The translations under genes and the position numbers were made by a program. A DNA stretch of 64,000 nucleotides from Macrostomum lignano (taxonomy: Eukaryota): the NCBI GenBank assembly GCA_002269645.1, contig NIVC01000094.1, positions 248,001 to 312,000 of the forward strand, read 5' to 3'. Position 1 is the stretch's first letter. The number at the start of each line of letters is the position of its first letter. Under the pieces are notes generated by a model that did no database searches, had not been told where the DNA came from, and saw nothing but the letters and a program-made list of their open reading frames with translations. Below, one piece after another: positions 29,957 through 40,547 of this stretch.

Positions 29957-30927
29957 CCAAAATGAGTGCCTGGATGTGGCCACAAAATGAGTGCCTGGAT
30001 GGCCACAAAATGAGTGCCTGGATGTGGCCACAAAATGAGTGCCTGGATGTGGTCACAAAATGAGTGCCTGGATGGCCACAAAATAAGTGCCTGGATGTGG
30101 TCACAAAATGAGTGCCTGGATGGCCACAAAATGAGTGCCTGGATGTGGTCACAAAATGAGTGCCTGGATGTGGTCACAAAATGAGTGCCTGGATGTGGTC
30201 ACAAAATGAGTGCCTGGATGTGGCCACAAAATGAGTGCCTGGGTGTGGCCACAAAATGAGTGCCTGGATGGCCACAAAATGAGTGCCTGGGTGTGGCCAC
30301 AAAATGAGTGCCTGGTTGTGGCCACAAAATGAGTGCCTGGTTGTGGCCACAAAATGAGTGCCTGGGTGTGGCCACAAAATGAGTGCCTGGGTGTGGCCAC
30401 AAAATGAGTGCCTGGGTGTGGCCACAAAATGAGTGCCTGGATGTGGTCACAAAATGAGTGCCTGGGTGGTCACAAAATGAGTGCCTGGTTGTGGTCACAA
30501 AATGAGTGCCTGGTTGTGGCCACAAAATGAGTGCCTGGATGGCCACAAAATGAGTGCCTGGGTGTGGCCACAAAATGAGTGCCTGGATGTGGCCACAAAA
30601 TGAGTGCCTGGGTGGTCACAAAATGAGTGCCTGGTTGTGGTCACAAAATGAGTGCCTGGATGGCCACAAAATGAGTGCCTGGATGTGGCCACAAAATGAG
30701 TGCCTGGGTGTGGCCACAAAATGAGTGCCTGGGTGTGGCCACAAAATGAGTGCCTGGATGGCATCAAAATGAGTGCCTGGTTGTGGCCACAAAATGAGTG
30801 CCTGGATGTGGCCACAAAATGAGTGCCTGGATGTGGCCACAAAATGAGTGCCTGGTTGTGGCCACAAAATGAGTGCCTGGGTGTGGCCACAAAATGAGTG
30901 CCTGGGTGTGGCCACAAAATGTGTGCC
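29957..30927. repeat. 25/22-bp minisatellite (tgtggccacaaaatgagtgcctgga)
   Basis: About 40 tandem copies. Confidence 0.97.
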
Positions 30928-31276
30928 TGCTGGCGCTAATTTGTGGTAAGCACTAGAGCAACATTAGAAGAGGTTTCATGCAGTTTTTTCGCTCTGAAAT
31001 GACAGTTCTCGATCACTTTTCGGACAATTGTAAATTGCAAAACGGAGCACGAGACAATCGTCTCAGTCTGTCATTGCCCGGGCAGTCAGTTTGTTTTTCG
31101 CTCTACACATTTACAGTATTGCAGGCGCAGGCACACGAAATTCAAGAACACGAGTTAACTTTTTGTTGCGCACCTTCTCAAACAAGAATCAAGTCGCCAG
31201 CCCTCCGGACCATCGAGATATTCAGTGATTCTGCCAGAAGGTCGGATTTTTCCCATAAGCGCCAGTGTATTCAATG

Positions 31277-31353
31277 CACCCCTGTGCGCCAATCAGCACT
31301 GCGCCTCAGTGCAGCCTTGCCAAACCTTCAAATTTCATCAGCACGTCGACCAC
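31277..31353. repeat. 77-bp duplicated intergenic element, copy 2
   Basis: Matches 24407-24483. Confidence 0.85.
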
Positions 31354-31714
31354 TGCTGAGTCCACTAATGAAGCCGAAGACGTCCAACTGGCGGCGGCCA
31401 GGCGGCTCCAGCCAGCGATGAGTTGGCGGCAATCAGATCTTGTGGAGCCTGAAGAGCCACTGCGCCGCTCTGCTAGGGCCATCAAGGGCAAGCAGATACA
31501 TGTATGACGTGTGTGAATGATACGAACGGTGACTTTTGTTTGTTTTCAAGGACTTTTATGTACATGAATTTTCAATGCAAAGCTTATTGGGTTAATCGGC
31601 TGACTTTGTTGCTTAGAAAAAAAATTATTTATTTCTTGTTTAAATCGAATTTCGTTGTTCATTTTTTATTTAATTGTCTCAAAAATATTGAAAAATATTT
31701 TTTGTACTTTTGAG

Positions 31715-31767
31715 CAGGGACAGCTAAAACACTTTAAGACATAACTAAAGTGTTTTAGTTGTCCCTG
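31715..31767. mobile_element. 53-bp hAT-type MITE
   Basis: 22-bp TIRs cagggacagctaaaacacttta / taaagtgttttagttgtccctg (1 mismatch). Exact 8-bp TSD cttttgag at 31707-31714 and 31768-31775. Confidence 0.8.
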
Positions 31768-32778
31768 CTTTTGAGTTTTCGCAAATGTCTAATGTACAAT
31801 GTTTTGAAAGCGATAATTCATTCGAGCAAATGATTTTAATTCCCCTCTTGATTTTTCTTTATTTGCTAATAGAGATCGAGATTTCAGTGATAGACTTGCA
31901 AATGTATTTTGTTGTGTGCTCACCTCACCTGCTGCCCTAACCCACCGGCCGTCCCCCAATCATTTACGTTGCTATCGATTGGTCAGTCCCTCGCCCCTCG
32001 CTTGACTGGTGTATACTCGAATATATACAAGTGTGCTTTATGCATGGTACACTATTTTGACAAATACAGCTGGTTTTCTCTCGGTCGCACGTTCATTACA
32101 AACGAATTGAGCATTCATAAGCCTTTGTTGATTGAAGGAATAATGTCGGGACTCAGAGTATAGATATAAATCACTTTATGCGCTGCATGGATGGCCTCCC
32201 ACTCCTGTAAGATGGTCATCCGCCCATGCAGAGATTGAATTAATCCGCCACCAATAACCCATGCAAACTGTCTGTCTATCAGTCAGTCTGTTTTAGTTTC
32301 TTTCTGTCTGTCTTTGTGTCTGCCTGTCTATGATTTAAAGATTGTCTAAGGAAGCAAAGTTTTTATCGACTCTTTTGTACAAAAAGGATCAACTTTTGAT
32401 AAAAGACAAAAGTAAAAGACAAAAATTCCGATGTTTTTGTACGTATCAGTGGTAACGTTTTAACAAAGAAACAAAGAATACACGTAAGATGCAACACAAG
32501 CATTTACACTAAAATAAAAAATTCAAATAAAAGAGACATTCAAGAATAAACTGAGGAAAATTATATTCGATAAAATCGAAAACCGAAAATTCGCTAAATT
32601 GAATTTTTTAATATAGTTAGAATCGAGGCTTCCATCCACGCATGCCCTGTGGTTTGTCGTCGAACAAATTACAACGCGAAATGTTTTAAAATATTGTAAA
32701 GTAAAGTGAATCCTAATTTAAAATCGTAGAATTTCTGATTTTCCTGTTTATAAAATAGGTTTCCCTGGAGTTGAGATA

Positions 32779-35029
32779 ATGCGGATTTATCTAAGGCTGC
32801 CATTGGCTTCTATTTTAGCACTGCTGAATTTGTTTTGTTATTCAAATGTTGAATCAATAGCGGGCGTAAACAAGTATCTCTTTGCAAGTGCTACCTTCCC
32901 TACTCTTATTGTGGCCGTGGGCGAGGCGCCATTTAATAATGGATTTTTTAATTGGCTTTTTGATATAATTTTCCCTGAGAGATGCTCAGGATCTTGAATA
33001 GATTTCAGTGCAGAAGGTAGGCCTAAGTATGTAAATGTTAAAACTCTCCACATCTGCTCTCTTTAAAAAAGCCATGTACTTTAAAAATTAATTTCTAGGA
33101 CCTCTTCTTAAATGGTCATTTGAACATTTGAAGATTTGCACAAGCTAGTCTAATAATATCCACTTCAAAATGGAGTTAGCAAATATTCAATAAACTGATT
33201 GAATTTATAGTTTATCAATGAACAATTATGTAATAAATTAAATGAGTCAGAGTCATAAGCCTAGTTTGTAATACCCATTTATATAGAGAAAGCCAAAGTC
33301 AATAAAATAGAACTAATAATAATCATAATATAGAAATATAATAATAATAATCAATTATGCCTGCCCTAATAGCTAGATGTGCAACTGATAGCTCAGCCAC
33401 AACTGATATACTAATAAGGTATTATGTATTATAAATTTTATTAAAATGAAACTGTCTTATATAAAAAACCAAACAGTCAAAAAAGCCTTATAGATATAGG
33501 CATATCACATTTTTGAGGAAAAAACTTACTGTATTGCACTAGCTAGGTAAATTTAGATTGTGCATATATAATATATATATGTTCATAAGTGTACATTATT
33601 GGCCTAAGCTATTTTAATTTAGCTTGTAATAATATCTTCCCCAAATATAGGTCTTGATTTAAAAAAAATTAGGCTGTAAACTATTTTAAACTAGAAAAGA
33701 AAATGGGAATCAATGAAATTATAGAAATAGATAAGATTTTTATACATAATAAATGTCATTTTTAGAAACTAAGATATCTTATTTAAAATAAGTAACCAAT
33801 ATTTTCAATTATCAATCAGGCTTCAACAATGCCCTAAAGGAACGAGTCTATGGCCAGCCACTGATTGGTCTGTCAAATGCAGTTCAACAGCATTGGAGCA
33901 ACAATCAACCTGCCAAAGCTTTGCTGCTCTCCATGCATGGCCCACCTGGCACAGGGAAAAACTATGTGTCTGGCATTCTTATTAGGCATCTATTTATAAA
34001 AGATTCAAAAAGCAAGTTTTATCATCTGTTCTCGGGCACTGTGCACTTTCCGCATAAAAACCAAGTGCAAAATTATAAGGTTGGTTAGTCAGTAAATTAC
34101 TAATCATATTTTTTTATTTCATAAACAAAGTTTTTGCTTTCACCAAGGCTTTATTATCGGCAAATTAATAATGCAAAATAGGACCAGATCCAAGCCTGGG
34201 TTCGTGGCAACGTATCGATCTGCCCAAAATCTGTGTTCGTGTTCGATGAAGTTGACAAAATGCCCGCCACACTGCTCGACGCGCTTAAGCCATTTGTTGA
34301 CTCTTACCAGCATATTGACCGAGTGGATTATCGCAGAGCGATATTCATCTTTCTAAGGTGGGACTTCAGTTTCAAATATAAATTTGCTTTAATTTCTCGT
34401 GCAATTTAATTCCTAATAAATTTAGCCTATGAATAATTTCAGCAACAGTGGAAGTGATATGATTTCTCGGTACATGCTTGCCCAGAAAAAGCTGGGCAAA
34501 GATCGCTCGGAAGTTTACAGCAAACTTGACGACAAACTGCCATTGTATCTTTATGACGAAAGCAATGGTGCGTTCTGTTTTTCATCTACTAATAATCAAT
34601 CATTACCGTGAACATCATGCATATCGGGCCACATGAGCCCCATTTTCGAAGCCCCATAACCTCAGCAACAGGGACCGAAGTGATTCAAATATAACTTTAG
34701 CTCATTGATGCACTATGATTGCTGCAGGCCCTCTCCGCAAAAGCGACCTACTTAAACATCACCTGGTGTCCCGTTTCATCCCATTCCTACCGCTGGAGCG
34801 ACTCCACGTGACCGAGTGCATCAAGGACTACCTGAAACTCCACTATCCTGACTGGCTGTACGGATCGGACTTCATCGAGCGGGTGCTGAACAAACTGGTA
34901 TTCGTGCCTGAGCTGGAGAAGTTCTTCTCCAGCACCGGCTGCAAGCGAGTAGCTGATAAAGTTCAACTTCAGATGAGTATCGACGAGATGTCGGACAAGG
35001 ATAAAAGGAGGAGGAGAAACGAGCTTTAG
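32779..35029 (+). pseudogene. TOR1-like: Torsin family AAA+ ATPase, paralog 4, with an in-frame TGA at 32995-32997 (nonsense allele, assembly error or readthrough). Exons 32779-33016, 33820-34079, 34182-34357, 34443-34567, 34728-35029
   Basis: [29 protein letters not shown] and C-terminal RNEL. All splice sites are intact and the exons sum to 1101 nt in frame. Exon 1 reads CSGS*IDFSAEG where the paralogs read W[VI][DS]FN[HF]TG. Confidence 0.88.
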
Positions 35030-35439
35030 GCTTGACAGTCACTCAATTCATCCGTGCAGCTGGCCAGTGTAATAGTACATGTATAATTTCCTATAGGATG
35101 GACCAATTTTTTATAAGTTCATTACCTTAATATGAGTTTTCCTCCTGCATTGAGTTAGTTTTGGTGAAGCTGTTGATCTTACAGCACCCCGTTTTGGCTG
35201 CTGCATTTTTTTTCACTCTATATATAGCTTACTGTACCAGCTTACACTGTGGTCTTGGATTTGGTGTTTTGTAGCCTAATTACGAAATTGATAGAATTTT
35301 TATTTTATTCTTTTTTATCCAGAGGCAATAAAACTGGCTTTGAATCTCTTGCTTGATATACTCGTATTTACAGTTTTTTTGAATTGCATCAAAAATATTT
35401 TGGCACTGTGTCTGTTTTTGGTTATTTTGATAATTAGAA

Positions 35440-36510
35440 TCGAGATGTCTAGTCACGGACGACTGGAGTATATTGACGTAACTTTTAGATTAAGACTCAT
35501 TAAACTCATTGAGCCAGTGGAAGGACCGGTAACTAACGCTTCATTCTCCCGTGGTGTAGGGCTTAAGCATAAGCGTAGGAACGATTAGAAATGTGGGGGC
35601 CCATGGCCCCACTGTCCTCCCTCCCGTTCCTACGCCTATGGGCTTAAGAAATCCGATAGTTCGCTCAGGATATGCGCGGACTATTGCATGGTCAACCATG
35701 TAAATGCAAAGATAAAGTTGGAGTCGTACCCCATTCCATCTACTGAGCATCTGTTTGCCAAGCTTATAAGAACGCTAAGAAGTTTGAAAAAAGGTAGACC
35801 TAAAGATTGGCTTACTTGAAAATTGCTTTTGAGGAGGACGCACAGGAGATTTCAAACAGCAACACCCACGCGGATTCAACCGAGTTTAGCAACTGCAGAT
35901 GGGCATGAAAAATGGTTTATTTATATTCCAAGGGCGATGGAGAGTATCCTGGCCAATCTAAAAGGAAAATTTATTTATCAGGATGATGTTCTTCTTTTTG
36001 CTGAGAATGCCGACTCGCTTTGTAAGCGACTGACCTCGGTGTTGAGACGAGACTGAATGCAGAGAAGAAAGTCAGCGGCAATTAAAACAGTGCATTCGAC
36101 GAGATTACGAGTGCTTTCCAATTGGCTTCAAAATTTCGGCGGCTGGGATATGGCCCGATGACAAGCTGATGGAAAAGATCCGTCATATATCCACCCCCTT
36201 CCGAGTTCGAAAAGCGAGGTCGAGAAGTTTTTGGGGCTGTTCAATTTTTCGACGCTTCGTTCCTGAATTTTCATCCAAAGGTGTGCCATATTAAACCGTC
36301 TAGGCAAGCCACCCCCTTATCTGGTCGGAGGACTGTACTCAATCTTGAAAAAGTAAATCTCCACGAGACCTGTAGTGCAACCTTACTCACGCACGAGAAG
36401 GAGGTCACGTTGACAACGGACACATCAAGGGGCACAGCTGGCTTGTGTCCTGACACAAGAAGGCCATCCGGTAATCTTCATTTCCAGAACGCGCTTTCGC
36501 ATTATTTGAT
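35440..36510 (+). pseudogene. Decayed Ty3/Gypsy reverse transcriptase / RNase H fragment
   Basis: VNAKIKLESYPIPSTEHLFAKL, AMESILANLKGKFIYQDDVLLFA (YQDD at 35976-35987) and EVTLTTDTS, broken by multiple frameshifts and stops. Confidence 0.8.
35568..35640. mobile_element. 73-bp hAT-type MITE nested in the RT relic
   Basis: 16-bp TIRs cataagcgtaggaacg / cgttcctacgcctatg (1 mismatch). Exact 8-bp TSD ggcttaag at 35560-35567 and 35641-35648. Confidence 0.82.
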
Positions 36511-36906
36511 TTTAATTTCATTATTTGACAAGTATTTTTAAGCAATTACACGTAAGCGTGGACTCGTGGACACTTGGCGATATTTAGTTAAGTTGAAGAA
36601 GTTAAATATTGACGTAATAATAATTAGTTTTAATTGATTGTACATTTTTAAAGAGCTGGCATATTCTTGACATACATGTACGGTACGCTTGACTGGCTTA
36701 TGCTTTTGTGATTCGTTAAAAATATAAAAGATAAAAAGTACGCTTAACCCGCTGCGATTGCGTACTAACCGCAGCCAACCCTGCTTAACTTGCAAGACTG
36801 CGCTCCCCACTAGACTAGCAGCACTATGGATAGATAAAATTATTGCTATCTCGTAGTATCCTTTATTTATGTTACTTGAGTACTCTAATTGAGTTGTCCT
36901 CCTTGC

Positions 36907-39839
36907 TCAATCGGTGCTCAGCATCATTCGAATCTCTAGCAGCGACATCCAGTTCTTCACGTGCAGGCAGGCCATGAACTCCTCCTCGCCGGTCCTGTTG
37001 GTGGCCGAATACGGGCCGTTCGGGTTGCAGCTGAGGCACTGCTGGAACCAGAAGCCGCCGCCGCCCCACAGTTGGGAGCACCTGCCATCGGAAATGTCAT
37101 TGTCCCTGTCCAGAGTTGAGAACTGCATGCCATTGTGGTTCGTCAGGGTGTCGCCGCTGATGTTGGACTTGTCGGGCAGGTAGGCCGAGTAGTTCATGCG
37201 GTAGTTGGTGCTGGCGTCCTCCACAGAGAAGCCCGACCACTCGGCCACCAGGAAGGTCCGGTCGAATGTTGTCATCTCCATGCGAAGGCAGCGACTGCCG
37301 TACGGCTGAGTGCGAGTGGAGATCGACAGCAGACCTGCACGTTGAGCGGTGGTGAGAAGTGTACATTGATGAGTGGTGAGGAGTGTACATTGATGAGTGG
37401 TGAGGAGTGTACATTGATGGGGTGGTGAGGAGTGTACATTGATGAGTGGTGAGGAGTGTACATTGATGAGTGGTGAGGAGTGTACATTGATGAGTGGTGA
37501 GGAGTGTACATTGATGAGTGGTGAGGAGTGTACATTGATGAGTGGTGAGGAGTGTACATTGATGGGGTGGTGAGGAGTGTACATTGATGAGTGGTGAGGA
37601 GTGTACATTGATGAGTGGTGAGGAGTGGACATTTGATAAATGGTGAGGAGTGTACATTGATGAGTGGTGAGGAGTGTACATTGATGAGTGGTGAGGAGTA
37701 TACATTGATGAGTGGTGAGGAGTGTACATTGATGAGTGGTGAGGAGTATACATTGATGAGTGGTGAGGAGTGTACATTGATGAGTGGTGAGGAGTGTACA
37801 TTGATGAGTGGTGAGGAGTGTACGTTGATGGGGTGGTGAGGAGTGTACATTGATGAGTGGTGAGGAGTGTACATTGATGAGTGGTGAGGAGTGTACATTG
37901 ATGAGTGGTGAGGAGTGTACATTGATGGGTGGTGAGGAGTGGATATTTGATAAATGGTGAGGAGTGTACATTTGATAAATGGTGAGGAGTGTACATTGAT
38001 GGGGGGTGAGGAGTGTACTCGTACACTAATGGAGTGGTGAGGGATAAAATTGCTGACTAACCGCTCCAAAAGTCGTCCGCAGTCCCGAAGCCTGTCTCAT
38101 AGTCGGTCCAGTTTCTGGCAAAGTCGACCCGGCCGCTCCGTCTCTGCTGGAACACCCAGAAGCTCTGGCCGCTGTCGACAACAGTTTCGTAGCCGAAGGT
38201 CTCCGGAGCCGCTGGATTTTCCGATTCTGTCCAAAAAATATTTCGAATGTACATGTAGGAACTTGAAATTAATGGTATAGCGTGACTATATATGCACACG
38301 TATCTGATATATATATCTGGAAAAGCACCCCTGATACCTGTTGCCCCTGGTGCTGGCGCCCCCTGGTGCTGGCGCCCCCTGGTGCTGGCGCCCCCTGGTG
38401 CTGGCGCCCCCTGGTACTGGCGCCCCCTGGTGCTGGCGCCCCTGGTGCTGGCGCCCCCTGGTGCTGGCGCCCCCTGGTGCTGGCGCCCCTGGTGCTGGCG
38501 CCCCCTGGTGCTGGCGCCCCCTGGTGCTGGCGCCCCCTGGTGCTGGCGCCCCTGGTGCTGGCGCCCCCTGGTGCTGGCGCCCCCTGGTGCTGGCGCCCCC
38601 TGGTGCTGGCGCCCCCTGGTGCTGGCGCCCCTGGTGCTGGCGCCCCCTGGTGCTGGCGCCCCCTGGTGCTGGCGCCCCCTGGTGCTGGCGCCCCCTGGTG
38701 CTGACTCAGTAGCTGATCCAGAAAATTTTGAACGGGGGAGGGGGCGCAGACTACTAAGGTACATATATATTCATATCATGTACAAGTATATGTACATGAT
38801 AATGTGTATTTTTCATATAAAAAATAAAAAAAATCAAACTCAACGGGGGGTGCGCGCCCTGTGTGCTTTTGTGTGCTGGCGCCCCCTGGTGCTGGCGCCC
38901 CCTGGTGCTGGCGCCCCCTGGTGCTGGCGCCCCTATCAGTCTGCTCACCCGACCGTCTCCGATAGACCCGCCCGTCAGCGCCCGCACACAGCGGCGCGTC
39001 CGCCAGGGAGCAGCCGGTCTCGCCGGCACCACAGCGGAGGTAGTGAGCTCGGCGAACTGCTGCCGCCGCGGCGCACCGAAGGCAGCTGCCGTTGATTGAC
39101 GATGATGCAGCTGGCGGTGTGCAGCTGCCGCCTGCCGCCGGCTCTGCTGGCTGGACTGCATCGAAGTGGACAACCGAGGTGGCCGCGGCTGAGGCTTGAG
39201 GAATTGTGGTGGCAGTCAGTTGGCGGGGCTACTATCTAATAGGTGAGGCTACTGTCTAACAGGTGAGGCTACTGTCTAACAGGTGAGGCTACTGTCTAAC
39301 AGGTGAGGCTACTATCTAACAGGTTAGGCTACTGTCTAACAGGTGAGGCTACTGTCTAACAGGTGAGGGTACTGTCTAACAGATGAGGCTACTATCTAAC
39401 AGGTGAGGCTACTATCTAACAGGTGAAGCTACTATCTAACAGGTGAGGCTACTATCTAACAGGTGAGGCTACTGTCAAACAGGTGAGGCTACTGTCAAAC
39501 AGGTGAGGCTACTGTCTAACAGATGAGGCTACTATCTAACAGGTGAGGCTACTGTCTAACAGGTGAGGCTACTGTCTAACAGGTGAGGCTACTGTCTAAC
39601 AGGTGAGGCTACTGTCTAACAGGTGAGGCTACTGTCTAACAGGTGAGGCTACTGTCTAACAGGTGAGGCTACTGTCTAACAGGTGAGGCTACTGTCTAAC
39701 AGGTGAGGCTACTGTCTAACAGGCGAGGCTACTCAGTGCTTTTGACCAAGAAGTCATTTTTGCCTTTAGTCTTACCTTGAATATTGATGCAGGCTAAAAC
39801 GCATGACATCAAGAAAATATCAAACTTGAATTTTCGCAT
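36907..39839 (-). CDS. Secreted fibrinogen-related domain (FReD) protein, 298 aa. Exons 39839-39776, 39188-38949, 38226-38062, 37334-36907
   Basis: Signal peptide MRKFKFDIFLMSCVLACINIQA. FBG motifs WVFQQRRSGRVDFARNWTDYETGFG..DFWSGL, HNGMQFSTLDRDND, C...GGGFWFQQC and NPNGPY. All three introns are GT-AG phase 1, with 897 nt in frame. Confidence 0.9.
37345..38040. repeat. 24-bp minisatellite filling FReD intron 3 (gagtggtgaggagtgtacattgat)
   Basis: Tandem units. Confidence 0.96.
38343..38935. repeat. 15-16-bp GC-rich minisatellite in FReD intron 2 (ggtgctggcgccccct), blocks 38343-38703 and 38872-38935
   Basis: Tandem units interrupted by an AT-rich segment. Confidence 0.94.
39226..39733. repeat. 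20-bp minisatellite in FReD intron 1 (aggtgaggctactgtctaac)
   Basis: About 25 tandem copies. Confidence 0.96.
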
Positions 39840-40547
39840 TCTGCTCAGCTAGTGGCTATACTTGAACTTGGCAACCGTTAACACCGTCCACAGGCACAAG
39901 ATGCATATTTATACACGCTCTGTGACGCAGCCTCTGGCTACAGGTATAACTTACTCAAAGATATTCCTCATCAAAGATGGATCTGTCATTAAGGATTCAA
40001 AATGGGTGTTTTCTGCTTTTGCAGGCCCCAAAACTCTACTTTTCTTTGACAATATTTGAGAAAGAATTATTGAGAAGTAATTTAAAATCCAGCTGTCGAT
40101 TCAAACAAAAGAACTCCGCTCGAATTTTAGATCTGGGAAAGCTGGCATCTGGATGAGGTGTTTTTGTATTCATTCAGAATTCACAACTCAAGCAGAAAGC
40201 GCAAGTCTAGTGAATTATCAAGCAGAGAGGCTGCGGGCACCCAGATGCCTCCGGCGACATAGTACTCGTATATGGAAAAAACTGCATCTTTCCAATCTCA
40301 GCAATGAAGTTTTCACGAGTTTCTTGGCTTAGCACCCTCTTTCACATCAGTTCTGAATATGAGGTTGCATTGCTTAGTTCAGAAATTCCTGTGACAGATG
40401 CTATTTTTAGAATGCCAATCACTTTTACCATAGACTTAATTGCTCAGGCCGACAAATCGTCACTCTTGCAGCTGAAATTTTTTTTAAACTTCGATTAAAA
40501 ATGCTTTAATCCTTCATACTCATTGCCAAAACTGAAAAGGCGTCATC

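Noticed and set aside
32995-32997. Selenocysteine recoding of the torsin-4 TGA
   Set aside because: The aligned residue is Trp, not Cys, and I could not identify a SECIS by eye.
38706-38870. MITE-like start cagtagctgatccagaaaattttgaacggggg in FReD intron 2
   Set aside because: No matching right TIR or TSD is discernible.
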